Shown piece by piece: positions 9,517-18,839 of a stretch of DNA of 64,000 nucleotides. Position numbers and translations under genes: made by a program. Within the stretch, counting starts at the first letter, position 1, and the number at the start of each line of letters is the position of its first letter. The DNA is from an uncultured Candidatus Saccharibacteria bacterium (lineage in GTDB: Bacteria > Patescibacteriota > Minisyncoccia > Phycocordibacterales > UBA5272): NCBI GenBank assembly GCA_964464695.1, contig CAYXKW010000005.1, positions 8,677-72,676 of the forward strand, given 5' to 3'. The notes under the pieces were generated by a model, which did not search any database, was not told the DNA's origin, and saw only the letters and a list, made by a program, of their open reading frames with translations.

Positions 9517-10023
9517 TTATGAGACTAGTTTTTTAACAAGAGAACTACTATTTAAAATAATATTGTGAGTACCAACTAAGTTTTTATGAATGTGTGAATT
9601 ATTATATTTTGTAAAAATAAAAGGAACAGTAGTATCAAATAAAAATCCATATGATTTTTGTTCTCTTACCTGTATATGTGTTTTGTATGGTAATTTATTG
9701 ATTATTTTTCTAAACCACACAAATTTCACTTGGTGGGGCGAAGCTATTGTTATAATGCTATCTATTTTTTTGTATAGTTCTTCTTTTAAAGAGTAAGAAA
9801 TAACTCCACCAAAAGAGTGTCCTACCAAAATAAACTTACCATCCTCTTTTTCTAAGAAAGAGTTAATCTCACCAATTAATGCAAGATGTTTACCTGTTTG
9901 GTGTAATGTATAAAACATCGGAAAATAAAAAACCTCCATACCTATGGATTCAAAAGCTTTTAAAATAAGATAATTTCTAAATCTAAAATTATGTATACCT
10001 TGTATAAAAATTACTTTTTTCAT
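9517..10023 (-). CDS. small alpha/beta hydrolase (serine esterase/thioesterase)
   Basis: GHSFGG nucleophile elbow, TIASPH, C-terminal His. Confidence 0.75.
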   Translation of the reverse strand: MKKVIFIQGIHNFRFRNYLILKAFESIGMEVFYFPMFYTLHQTGKHLALIGEINSFLEKEDGKFILVGHSFGGVISYSLKEELYKKIDSIITIASPHQVKFVWFRKIINKLPYKTHIQVREQKSYGFLFDTTVPFIFTKYNNSHIHKNLVGTHNIILNSSSLVKKLVS

Positions 10024-10031
10024 GAGAGGTA

Positions 10032-10946
10032 TTAAAAATCAACAAAAGACTTTGTTGGATTGTATTTTAACATATTTTTAGCTTTGTTTATAGAAAGATA
10101 ATGGTTAGAAGTCATCTGGTGGACTATGTATTTACTTATAAAAGGCGCTTTTTTAATACTTAATAACTTAAAAAGAATCTCTAATATAGAACCAATTAAA
10201 AAAGCTACTTTTGTTGATATATATAGATTTTTTGCTTGTATATTAAACTTCTTTTTAACATGTGCCATTAGGCTATTTATTTTTACTGATTCTTGGTCTG
10301 CGATGTTAAAAATTTCTTTCTGAAATTCTTCTTTTGTTTCAATGCTGTTTTTAATTGCCAGACAAAGATTATCTATATGCGTTATTGAAATAGTATTATC
10401 ACCACTTCCTAAAATAATAAATCTATTAAATCTATGAGACCTTAATAATCTTGGTATAATTTTTTTATCCATAGCACCATAAATGACATGCGGTCTTAGT
10501 ATTATTTTTTGTGATTTACTATCATGATTTAAAACAACCAGTTCTGCTTCATATTTTGATTGACTATACCCATTTAAAAAATTACCACACATAGATGCCT
10601 CATCAATTGTGTGATTGATGTCCTCAGGGTCATAGACACTACATGAACTTATGTATATAAACTTTTGCAAGTTAGAAAAACTATCTAATGTGTTTTTCGT
10701 ACCAACACAATTATTCTCATAGCATTCCTTATAAGTTGCCCAATCATCAACGGTTCCAGCACAGTGAACTAAAACATCAATTTGAACTGGGTGACTTATT
10801 TGCCCATTAGATATGTCCCAATAAGTAAAGTTCTTGTCATTTTTTCTTCGCGAGAAACCAACAACATCATAGTTGTGTTTTTGTAAGTAAGTATAGAGAG
10901 AACCCCCTACAAATCCATTTACTCCAGTGATTCCTATTTTTAACAT
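10032..10946 (-). CDS. NAD-dependent reductase, 3-beta-HSD/OleD-like extended SDR
   Basis: GVNGFVG, YSQSK, LRPHVIYG. Confidence 0.82.
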   Translation of the reverse strand: MLKIGITGVNGFVGGSLYTYLQKHNYDVVGFSRRKNDKNFTYWDISNGQISHPVQIDVLVHCAGTVDDWATYKECYENNCVGTKNTLDSFSNLQKFIYISSCSVYDPEDINHTIDEASMCGNFLNGYSQSKYEAELVVLNHDSKSQKIILRPHVIYGAMDKKIIPRLLRSHRFNRFIILGSGDNTISITHIDNLCLAIKNSIETKEEFQKEIFNIADQESVKINSLMAHVKKKFNIQAKNLYISTKVAFLIGSILEILFKLLSIKKAPFISKYIVHQMTSNHYLSINKAKNMLKYNPTKSFVDF

Positions 10947-12469
10947 AAACTGTTACTAGTGATATAGTATTTTATTTTGTTCTTATCTATTTTTTGTGTT
11001 CTACCACTAAGAGGAAGTTCCATTATGATGATTTTATCAGGAAGAGCTGTTTTATCTATACTGTGCTCTCCTTTGCTTAATTCATTAAATATTCTTTTCT
11101 CAAAAGTCTTATTATCCTCTTGTAAGGTCATATCTTTTTCAATAGCTAAATAAATTTTCTCATCTTCTAATTCATCATTATAAATTCCCACCATTGCACA
11201 GTTTTTAATACCCCTTATATTACTTATCGTAGATTCAAAAATTGAGGGGTATATATTATAATTTTTTCTTATAATCATGTCTTTTTTTCTCCCTAATAGT
11301 ACTAGCCCATTTTTATCAAGAGTCCCTAGATCTCCAGTGTAATGTTCTGTTACCTTATCTAGTCCGAGGTATCTATTAAAAAGATTTTTTCCAGAAACAC
11401 AAATTTCATTGTCTATTATTCTTATTGTGACACCATTTGCAACTGTTCCTAGTAAGTCACCATTTGTATTTAAATTTATCTTATCTTGTAACTCCACATA
11501 CGAGATGGGTAATATTTCCGTTGCCCCGTAAACACAGATAACTTTTGTACTTTTAGATATTATTGTATTTAGTTTAGATAAAAATCCTTTTAAAACAGGA
11601 GCTGAGCCTAGGACGATTGTTTCAAGTGTATTTGGAAGTTTTACATTGTTTCGAGAACAAAACTCCATTGTTTGATTATACTCGGCAGGGATTCCAAAAG
11701 TTTTGTTTACTTTAAATTTAAGTACATCTTTATAAAACTTATCTGTTTTAAAATTAAGGTTACTTGGCAATACTACTCGTGACCCTGACAGGATAGACGC
11801 TAATAAAAAATGAAGTTGTGAGGAGTAGAAAATGTCAGTATGTTGTATATTAAGAATTTCTTCAATTTTTTTAAGTATTTCAAATAAGGATTCGTAGGTA
11901 TGAACCACGCCCTTCGGAATACCCGTTGTGCCAGATGTAAAAATAATTACAGAGTCTTTTTGATCATCTGTGCGTATTTCAGTAAAATTAGACTTATTAT
12001 TTTCAACTTTTTTAACGAGTATTTTATTAAGTTTTCTGAGTGTACTTATATCAGGAATATTTATATGGAACATCTTTATGAGAGTTTCAATATAAGGGGT
12101 GTTAATTATAGTGTTGAGAATCGGATCTACTAATACGTGTTCTGGTTTTGCAAAGTTAACTCTCCCAATAAAATTATCTTTCCCCATTGATGGGTCAGCT
12201 AAGACTAAAACACCACCAGCTCTAATAATTGCAAATATATACACAATACTTTCAATACTTGGTTTTGCTAGGAATAAGACTTTGTCCTCTTTTTTAAAAC
12301 CATTCTTAACTAAACGAATTGCTACTGAATCAATCTGAAGTAAAAAATCTTTAAAACTAATTTTTTTACCATTAGTAGTTTCTATAATTGATGTATCTTT
12401 TAGAAACTCTTTTTGTGAAAATAGTTTCTCTAAAATAAGATTAGAATACAAATTAATCTGTGATTTCAT
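10940..12469 (-). CDS. AMP-dependent synthetase, OleC/beta-lactone synthetase-like
   Basis: LADPSMGK, FTSGTTGIPKG, YGATEILP, TGDLG, GRKKD. Confidence 0.82.
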   Translation of the reverse strand: MKSQINLYSNLILEKLFSQKEFLKDTSIIETTNGKKISFKDFLLQIDSVAIRLVKNGFKKEDKVLFLAKPSIESIVYIFAIIRAGGVLVLADPSMGKDNFIGRVNFAKPEHVLVDPILNTIINTPYIETLIKMFHINIPDISTLRKLNKILVKKVENNKSNFTEIRTDDQKDSVIIFTSGTTGIPKGVVHTYESLFEILKKIEEILNIQHTDIFYSSQLHFLLASILSGSRVVLPSNLNFKTDKFYKDVLKFKVNKTFGIPAEYNQTMEFCSRNNVKLPNTLETIVLGSAPVLKGFLSKLNTIISKSTKVICVYGATEILPISYVELQDKINLNTNGDLLGTVANGVTIRIIDNEICVSGKNLFNRYLGLDKVTEHYTGDLGTLDKNGLVLLGRKKDMIIRKNYNIYPSIFESTISNIRGIKNCAMVGIYNDELEDEKIYLAIEKDMTLQEDNKTFEKRIFNELSKGEHSIDKTALPDKIIIMELPLSGRTQKIDKNKIKYYITSNSLC

Positions 12470-12695
12470 TGTTAATTACCTTTAGTACATCACCTAGGGT
12501 TTTATATTTTCTAAATAGTTCTTTATTTTTAGGCTCAATGGTATATTTATTTTTAACTACAGCCAAAAGCTCCCCAAGATCTATCGAATCTTTAATATAG
12601 ATAGAAAGATCAGAAGATTCATTTAAGTCTTCTTGTATCTCAAATATGTAATTTAGTATCTCCACTAAGTTATCTTGTGTCATTTTGCTATGCAT
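12453..12695 (-). CDS. acyl carrier protein
   Basis: Acidic 80-aa protein with a DSID phosphopantetheine-site motif and TLGDV; PPTase nearby. Confidence 0.7.
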   Translation of the reverse strand: MHSKMTQDNLVEILNYIFEIQEDLNESSDLSIYIKDSIDLGELLAVVKNKYTIEPKNKELFRKYKTLGDVLKVINNEITD

Positions 12696-13479
12696 TTTTT
12701 CCTTTATAAAAAGATGACTGCTCCTCTTTGTATTTATGGTGTAGTGTACCCATTACTTTATCCCAGAAAGAAAAATACAACCCGTAATTTAAATAACCAT
12801 ATTTATGATGCATATTATGGTGGATAGAACTTGTAAAAACTGCACCAAGTTTTTTATTCATAGTAGGGGTTAGGAATTCATACCCCAAATGACCAATTGT
12901 GTTTCCTATAGAATTAATAATAAATACTGCTACAACCGTATAAATATGAACTGGAATAATAAGACACATTAATATAAAATAAAATCCAAAAATAACATTC
13001 CCCAGAGGACTAAAAGAGAAATTTGTGAATGGTGTTGGGTTTTTATTTGTATGGTGAACCGCATGAGTATATTTGAAGACTGTCTCATGTGAATGCATGA
13101 ATCGGTGCACCCAGTAAAAATATGTATCCTGAAGTCCTGCAAATAATAGTATTGTAAATACAAAGTATAGATTACTGTGTTCAGAAATATCAAAATATAC
13201 TTTTGTATATCCATGATTTACTAAAGATATTAAAATATAGGCTATTATAATATAACAAAGCATGCTTACTGTAGACCATTTAATATCGAAAATAATACTA
13301 TCTTTGCTTGGTTCTTCGCTCTGAATTTTGTAGTCTCTTAAAGTGTTCTTTTTTAATTTATATACATAAAGATAAGCTATTGATCCTAGAATATAGTTAC
13401 AAGATAAAAAAACACCCACAAATAAATAAAAGTAGTTTATATGATCTATTTGCAATAAATTGTTTAGATTTGAAAGCAT
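12688..13479 (-). CDS. sterol desaturase/fatty acid hydroxylase family membrane di-iron enzyme
   Basis: His boxes HRFMH, HAVHH, HHNMHH; NYG...WDKVMGT. Confidence 0.9.
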   Translation of the reverse strand: MLSNLNNLLQIDHINYFYLFVGVFLSCNYILGSIAYLYVYKLKKNTLRDYKIQSEEPSKDSIIFDIKWSTVSMLCYIIIAYILISLVNHGYTKVYFDISEHSNLYFVFTILLFAGLQDTYFYWVHRFMHSHETVFKYTHAVHHTNKNPTPFTNFSFSPLGNVIFGFYFILMCLIIPVHIYTVVAVFIINSIGNTIGHLGYEFLTPTMNKKLGAVFTSSIHHNMHHKYGYLNYGLYFSFWDKVMGTLHHKYKEEQSSFYKGKNA

Positions 13480-13575
13480 AATTATGACTTAATAATAGCA
13501 CAATTTACCTAAAATTTTAAAAAATAACAGCACCAAAGATAAAGGTACTGTCATATGTTTTTCAACATGTAAAAT

Positions 13576-14250
13576 CTATTGTTTCCAAACACTTTTAAGG
13601 AAAGACCCGTATTTGAGGAAATGCAAAGTCTGTTCATGAACCTGCCCTGAAAAAACAAGTCCTGTGTGACTTGTAAAAACTTTTGTATGGGGGATATTCT
13701 CCCCAACCTGAGTTTCACTAACTAGGACAACACCGTCATTTTCAAGTAACTTTTTATAACCCTCAAGACCTTTAGCGTTGGGGAGTAAATCAAGCAACTT
13801 AAACGTCGACGCTACCCTAAACAGATTAAAAGTATCATCCGTTCCTGCGATAACGCCAATGCGAACAGGCGTGTCTAGTGGCATTGTCACTCCGTCAGTT
13901 GCGATCAATCTTATTGCCTTAGGTAACATCCATGAAGTTTTGCCTTGAGAGATGGTTCTCCCTAGGATAGACCCATTGAGTGGTGATCCTAAGCAGACAA
14001 CCTTTTCAAGACTTGGGAACTGTTTCAAGTGGTATGCCGTGATTGTGCCCCCTAAACTATGACCAACAATAACCTGAGGGCGAAAATCATTAACTTCTTT
14101 GATAAATCTAGTTGTGATGTCATCTGTTTCTGGAATGAGTGGGTAGCTAAAGACTTTTACATCATATCCAGCATCCTTTAACTTTTTTACGAAAGGTGAC
14201 ATCAAAAACGCATTCATGAACATACCGTGAACTAAAAGAACTTTGTCCAT
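13576..14250 (-). CDS. alpha/beta hydrolase (lipase/esterase-like)
   Basis: LVHGM, GHSLGG, LGSP, NDGVV, SHTGL; AGGAG 7 nt before ATG 14250. Confidence 0.85.
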   Translation of the reverse strand: MDKVLLVHGMFMNAFLMSPFVKKLKDAGYDVKVFSYPLIPETDDITTRFIKEVNDFRPQVIVGHSLGGTITAYHLKQFPSLEKVVCLGSPLNGSILGRTISQGKTSWMLPKAIRLIATDGVTMPLDTPVRIGVIAGTDDTFNLFRVASTFKLLDLLPNAKGLEGYKKLLENDGVVLVSETQVGENIPHTKVFTSHTGLVFSGQVHEQTLHFLKYGSFLKSVWKQ

Positions 14251-14306
14251 TGCTAATCTCCTGTAATTAGAACTACAAATAAGACTACAGGAACACAACG
14301 ACTGAG

Positions 14307-14837
14307 TCAATTTGTCTTTAAAGAAATAGAAAATATATAACCATTATCTTCAAAGAGATTACTTATCCAGGTACTGTTTTCCTTTTTCAGAGTTATATAG
14401 CCCTTAACGTAAGTTACTATTTTATATTGATTTGGATTAGAAATTGTTTCGTCAGATTTCTGAACAGACTCTTTCAAAGACCACATAACAGTTTCTTGGG
14501 TTGTTGTCTTTTTATAGAATTTCGTTAAAATAGACAATTCATTTTCATCGCAACAATAACTAAGTAGTTCTCTTTTTCTTGGACGTAAGTATTCAACATC
14601 AATGCCTATATTAAAATCTTTACACAAAGCCACAAAAACTATTTCCTGTGAATCAGAAACCGAACAAAATAAATCTTCATGGTTGGATATGTAGGGTTTA
14701 TTGTTTTTCTTTTTTATCACCACATCAAGACCAAAAGCATTTTTAGCTAAAGTTTTAAGTAGCAGATATTTATCTGTGATACTTTTGTTTCCTATCTTAT
14801 AAAATACAACTTTTTTGTTTAAAACTATTTTTTGCAT
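14307..14837 (-). CDS. 4'-phosphopantetheinyl transferase (Sfp-like)
   Basis: NKPY, IGIDVE, WSLKES. Confidence 0.85.
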   Translation of the reverse strand: MQKIVLNKKVVFYKIGNKSITDKYLLLKTLAKNAFGLDVVIKKKNNKPYISNHEDLFCSVSDSQEIVFVALCKDFNIGIDVEYLRPRKRELLSYCCDENELSILTKFYKKTTTQETVMWSLKESVQKSDETISNPNQYKIVTYVKGYITLKKENSTWISNLFEDNGYIFSISLKTN

Positions 14838-14876
14838 TATTTACTGTATAAGTTTAGTATACTAGATACCATACTC

Positions 14877-15881
14877 ATGAAATCTAAAATTACAGCGCTG
14901 GCATACTATTTGCCAGAAAAAATAGTGACCAATAGTGAAATAGAGGCTAAGTTACAACAAAATAACCCTCATCTACACATACCTGAAAACATTATAGGGA
15001 TAACCACAGGTATAAAATCTAGAAGGTTTTGTGGTGAAAACGAATATAACTCAACGTTAGCATCTAAGGCGGCACTAGTTTTATTTGAAAAATATAGTAT
15101 CAACCCAAAAGATATTGATTTACTTATTTTTGCTTCAGCAGGACAGGATCTCATTGAACCTGCAACTTCTCACATAGTGCAAGATATTTTAAAAACATCT
15201 TGTAGAGTATTTGATATAAAAAATGCTTGTAATGGATTTATAGACGCATTAATTGTAGCAGATGCTTTTATTAAATCTGGAATACATAAAAATATACTTA
15301 TTGTAACAGGTGAGGTTTGTTCAAGTGTTATTAAATGGAATCTAAAAGATAGAGATGATTTAAAAAATAGTTTCCCAGGGTATACGTTAGGAGATATGGG
15401 GACAGCTATTTTAGTGCAAGAATCAAATAATGATTTTGGACTAGTAGTGAGTGAGTGTTTAAATGATAGCAGTAAATGGAAGGTTGGAACTCTACCAACT
15501 GGAGGATCTAGGCACCCTCGAGGTGATGAGTACACATATTTTAGTGGTGATGGTCCACAGTTGAGAGATTCTTTTGCAAAAATTGCACCAAAGTTTTTTA
15601 ACGATTTCCTAATAAAAAATAATATAGATAAAGATACTATTGACCATATCTGTATGCACCAAGTTTCTAAAGCTTACTTAGAAGAAATGGTTTCTTCATT
15701 GAAAATTGATCCTAATAAGATTATTCATACTGCGGAACAATTCGGTAATGTCGCCGCCGCCACAATTCCACTTCAGCTTGCACTATTAAATGAAAAAGAA
15801 AAGATAAAAAAAGGAGATAAAATTTTACTAATAGGTTTAGCGGGAGGGGTTAGTGTTGAGCTTGTATATATTATTTGGTAA
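14877..15881 (+). CDS. 3-oxoacyl-ACP synthase III family, OleA-like condensing enzyme
   Basis: DLIEPATS, KNACNG (Cys), HQVS (His), GNVAAA (Asn). Confidence 0.88.
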   Translation: MKSKITALAYYLPEKIVTNSEIEAKLQQNNPHLHIPENIIGITTGIKSRRFCGENEYNSTLASKAALVLFEKYSINPKDIDLLIFASAGQDLIEPATSHIVQDILKTSCRVFDIKNACNGFIDALIVADAFIKSGIHKNILIVTGEVCSSVIKWNLKDRDDLKNSFPGYTLGDMGTAILVQESNNDFGLVVSECLNDSSKWKVGTLPTGGSRHPRGDEYTYFSGDGPQLRDSFAKIAPKFFNDFLIKNNIDKDTIDHICMHQVSKAYLEEMVSSLKIDPNKIIHTAEQFGNVAAATIPLQLALLNEKEKIKKGDKILLIGLAGGVSVELVYIIW

Positions 15882-17352
15882 ATAATTCTAATATTTTTTG
15901 TCTATTTGGTTTCAATGTATGAGTATAAGGAAAATCAGTACTGTTAAATAAAGTCACTTTTTCTATTTTAATATTGTTAGGTAATTTTGAATGAAGATGA
16001 TCTAAATCTATTGTAATCTTTTGTTCAGATTTTATTGCACAGTATATAACTGGGGAATCTTGTCTTAGTTCATGCACGATGCAAACCTCTTCAGTATCCG
16101 TAATAGTAGAGATAATATACTCCAAATCTTCAGCAAAAATCTTATCTCCAGTTGGCCATACAATTAGATTTTTAGTTCTACCTTTCAGTACTAAATTGTT
16201 ATTCTTATCAAAGTCAACAACATCACCTGTATTAAATTCAGTATTACTATAATTTGGATAATATCCTAAAAATATATTATCTCCTGATACCACTAGTTCA
16301 TTATTTTCATTTTTTGTATATTTTAAACCCTTTACAATCTGACCAACATTACCCTCTTTCCTTTTTTGGTTTATAGATATTGAGATAACAGGTGATGTCT
16401 CAGTTAGCCCATAACCAAGATGAACTTTATATCCGAGTCCTTGAAAGAAATCATCTGTTTCTTTGCTTAACATTGCCCCACCAACGACAAAACTTTTCAG
16501 ACTTGTACCTATTTGATTTCTGATAACACTAAACAATACTCTTCTTACTATACTTGGGGCATACGATGAAAGTATAATAAATCTCTTCACTAGATTTCTA
16601 ATATTTTTGTTACGAATCTTTCTAAGAATAGATGATTGTATTAAATACAAAACTTTAGGAACAACTATTATAGTTTTTATCTTATATTTTCTTATAGCTT
16701 TTATTATTTTAAATGAATCAGGTTTTTCTAAAAAAACTATATGTGAACCAACTAGCAGAGGTATTATTAGTCCTGTTGTTTGTTGATAAGCATGGGACAT
16801 TGGTAAAATACTAAGTACAGACTCTTCTTTTGTATGGTGATATATATCAAGAATTTGGTATGCATTTGTTAGAATATTCTTCTGACTTAGCATTACTCCC
16901 TTTGGTATACCCCATGTACCAGAAGTAAAAAGTATTTCTGAAACATCATTTGAATTGCTGTTAAATAATGTTTCTGTGCGTGTTTCTCGTGACAGTAGTT
17001 CTTCTATGTGTAAAACATGACCATTTTTTAATGTGTATGAATTAGAAATAACTAGTATAGGTTTAATATTTTCAATGACACTATCTATAAAGTTTTGACT
17101 TACTCTAGTGTCAACAGGCACTATTACCCCACCTTTTAAGATTACAGCAAAATAGATACAAACCCATTCTATATTTGGTATATCAAATAAAACAACCCTG
17201 TCACCTTTCTTCACTTCATGTAACTTAGAAATATATTTGTATATCTGCTTATACACATCACCATACGTTATATTAATTTCACTTTCAAAACTAGAAAAAG
17301 CAGTATCGTTGTTATCTTTAAATCTGTCTACTAATTGTTTGAAAGAGTCCAT
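15871..17352 (-). CDS. long-chain acyl-CoA/acyl-ACP synthetase (AMP-binding)
   Basis: FTSGTWGIPKG, LPMSHAY, GYGLTETSP, TGD, GRTKNLI. Confidence 0.87.
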   Translation of the reverse strand: MDSFKQLVDRFKDNNDTAFSSFESEINITYGDVYKQIYKYISKLHEVKKGDRVVLFDIPNIEWVCIYFAVILKGGVIVPVDTRVSQNFIDSVIENIKPILVISNSYTLKNGHVLHIEELLSRETRTETLFNSNSNDVSEILFTSGTWGIPKGVMLSQKNILTNAYQILDIYHHTKEESVLSILPMSHAYQQTTGLIIPLLVGSHIVFLEKPDSFKIIKAIRKYKIKTIIVVPKVLYLIQSSILRKIRNKNIRNLVKRFIILSSYAPSIVRRVLFSVIRNQIGTSLKSFVVGGAMLSKETDDFFQGLGYKVHLGYGLTETSPVISISINQKRKEGNVGQIVKGLKYTKNENNELVVSGDNIFLGYYPNYSNTEFNTGDVVDFDKNNNLVLKGRTKNLIVWPTGDKIFAEDLEYIISTITDTEEVCIVHELRQDSPVIYCAIKSEQKITIDLDHLHSKLPNNIKIEKVTLFNSTDFPYTHTLKPNRQKILELFTK

Positions 17353-17439
17353 TTGGGAGTTATTATAACTACATTATAACATCTTTGTATATCGTAGTTT
17401 TATTAAATACATACTATAATGGTACTATTAAAATAAACT

Positions 17440-18261
17440 ATGAAAATAAAACAATCTAGTAAGAAATGGTATGTCGTACTTCTAATTCTTTTTATTTCTA
17501 CTATAGTTTATCTTTCCATACGACCAACAAATAATGCTGACTGGACTTTGGATCAGCAGATATTGCCATCTGCCAAGATTTCTAATGATTTAGTAACAAT
17601 CGAGAATGTCCGTAATTTTAGATATACGAATACAAGTGATTACACGCCTAATTACTACACCAAGACATATGATTTGAGTAAGATAAAAACAGTTGATTAT
17701 ATTGTTGAACCATTTGGAGAATTCAGTGGTGCAGCACACACGTTTCTTTCATTTGGATTTGAGGGAGATCAATATGTTTCAATCTCTGTAGAAATTCGCA
17801 AAAAGAAAGGACAATCATTTTCTCCATGGAAAGGACTGCTTAAACAGTACACCCTTGTCTATGTTGTTGCAGATGAGCAGGATGTAGTAAAACTAAGAAC
17901 AAATTACAGAAAGGATGATGTGTATGTATACCCAACTAGAATTGACCAAGCACATGCAAAACAATTGTTTTTAAGCATGATGCAAAGAGTTAACAAGCTT
18001 CATGATGATCCTGAATTTTACAATACTATCACTAATACTTGTACCACAAATATTGTTCGTCATGTGAATGAGGTATCAGAAGTAAAAGTACCCTTTAGTT
18101 ACAAAGTGCTTATGCCTGGATATTCAGATAAGCTAGCCTATGATTTAGGGCTCCTCGACACCACACTCCCATATGACAAGATACGAGAAAGGTATCAGAT
18201 TAATGATAAGGCTATGAAGTATGCTAATGACCAAAACTTCTCTATTAAAATAAGAGAATAA
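17440..18261 (+). CDS. DUF4105 / Lnb N-terminal-domain exported protein
   Basis: N-terminal TM; NVRNFRY, AHTFLSFGF, SISVEIR, YNTITNTCTT. Confidence 0.8.
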   Translation: MKIKQSSKKWYVVLLILFISTIVYLSIRPTNNADWTLDQQILPSAKISNDLVTIENVRNFRYTNTSDYTPNYYTKTYDLSKIKTVDYIVEPFGEFSGAAHTFLSFGFEGDQYVSISVEIRKKKGQSFSPWKGLLKQYTLVYVVADEQDVVKLRTNYRKDDVYVYPTRIDQAHAKQLFLSMMQRVNKLHDDPEFYNTITNTCTTNIVRHVNEVSEVKVPFSYKVLMPGYSDKLAYDLGLLDTTLPYDKIRERYQINDKAMKYANDQNFSIKIRE

Positions 18262-18333
18262 GCTTTGGTTCTTATAATTTAAGACTAACCGAAAAGCATT
18301 ATAAACGACGCTTCTCGTGCTAGCTGTTGAAGG

Positions 18334-18405
18334 TGACCCCACGGAGAGTCGAACTCCGCTTACCGGCATGAAAAGCCGATGTCCTAACCGATAGACGATG
18401 GGGCC
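18334..18405 (-). tRNA. tRNA-Glu(TTC)
   Basis: Cloverleaf: GGCCCCA/TGGGGTC acceptor stem, TTTTCAT anticodon loop, GTTCGACTC T-loop; full CCA not encoded. Confidence 0.95.
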
Positions 18406-18442
18406 AATATTATTATTCTATATGTACACTCTATCATTCCCT

Positions 18443-18540
18443 CCGGCATGAAAAGCCGACTGCGCCTCACGGCGTGATTTACTAATCACCTAACCGATAG
18501 ACGAATTAGCAGATTCGTGGCTTGGCCCGATGGGGCCAAT
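18443..18540 (-). pseudogene. hairpin-interrupted duplicate of the tRNA-Glu 5' half, upstream of the tRNA
   Basis: Three blocks identical to tRNA-Glu (17, 16 and 13 nt) separated by two inserts. Confidence 0.8.
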
Positions 18541-18648
18541 TTATAGATACAACTTAGAGTAGCTTTTACCTACTAAAGTCCTTGTATACTAACACAAAAG
18601 TTTACTTTTTCAAAATCGGTGGTAGTGTTGTATACTATATAACTATAA

Positions 18649-18720
18649 GAGCGGTTGGCTCGAGAAGCTTGGCTTCAAAGATGCTTGAAACCAGCAGGTT
18701 TCAAGCGCAAGATGGTAGAT
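18649..18720 (+). repeat. hairpin-interrupted mimic of the tRNA-Val 5' end
   Basis: GAGCGGTTGGCTC-[GAGAAGCTTGGCTTC...hairpin]-AGATGGTAGA vs tRNA GGGCGGTTAGCTC-AGTTGGTAGA; TGTATACT at 18629-18636. Confidence 0.65.
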
Positions 18721-18766
18721 ATATCAATGCGTATACAAAGTGTGCCGGTGAAACAAATATAAACAC

Positions 18767-18839
18767 GGGCGGTTAGCTCAGTTGGTAGAGCGCCACATTG
18801 ACGTTGTGGATGTCAGAGGTTCGACTCCTCTATCGCCCA
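18767..18839 (+). tRNA. tRNA-Val(GAC)
   Basis: GGGCGGT/ATCGCCC acceptor stem, CCACA-TTGACGT-TGTGG anticodon arm, GGTTCGACTCC. Confidence 0.96.

Larger units (their letters stand above)
2432..18336. mobile_element. integrative genomic island at the tRNA-Glu 3' end, serine-recombinase type
   Basis: Shared GTGA core at both ends, 12/15 inverted arms (2439-2453 vs 18317-18331), recombinase gene, very AT-rich cargo. Confidence 0.8.

Noticed and set aside
18443-18540. functional intron-containing tRNA-Glu
   Set aside because: No T-arm or 3' acceptor strand follows, and the inserts are far too short for group I introns
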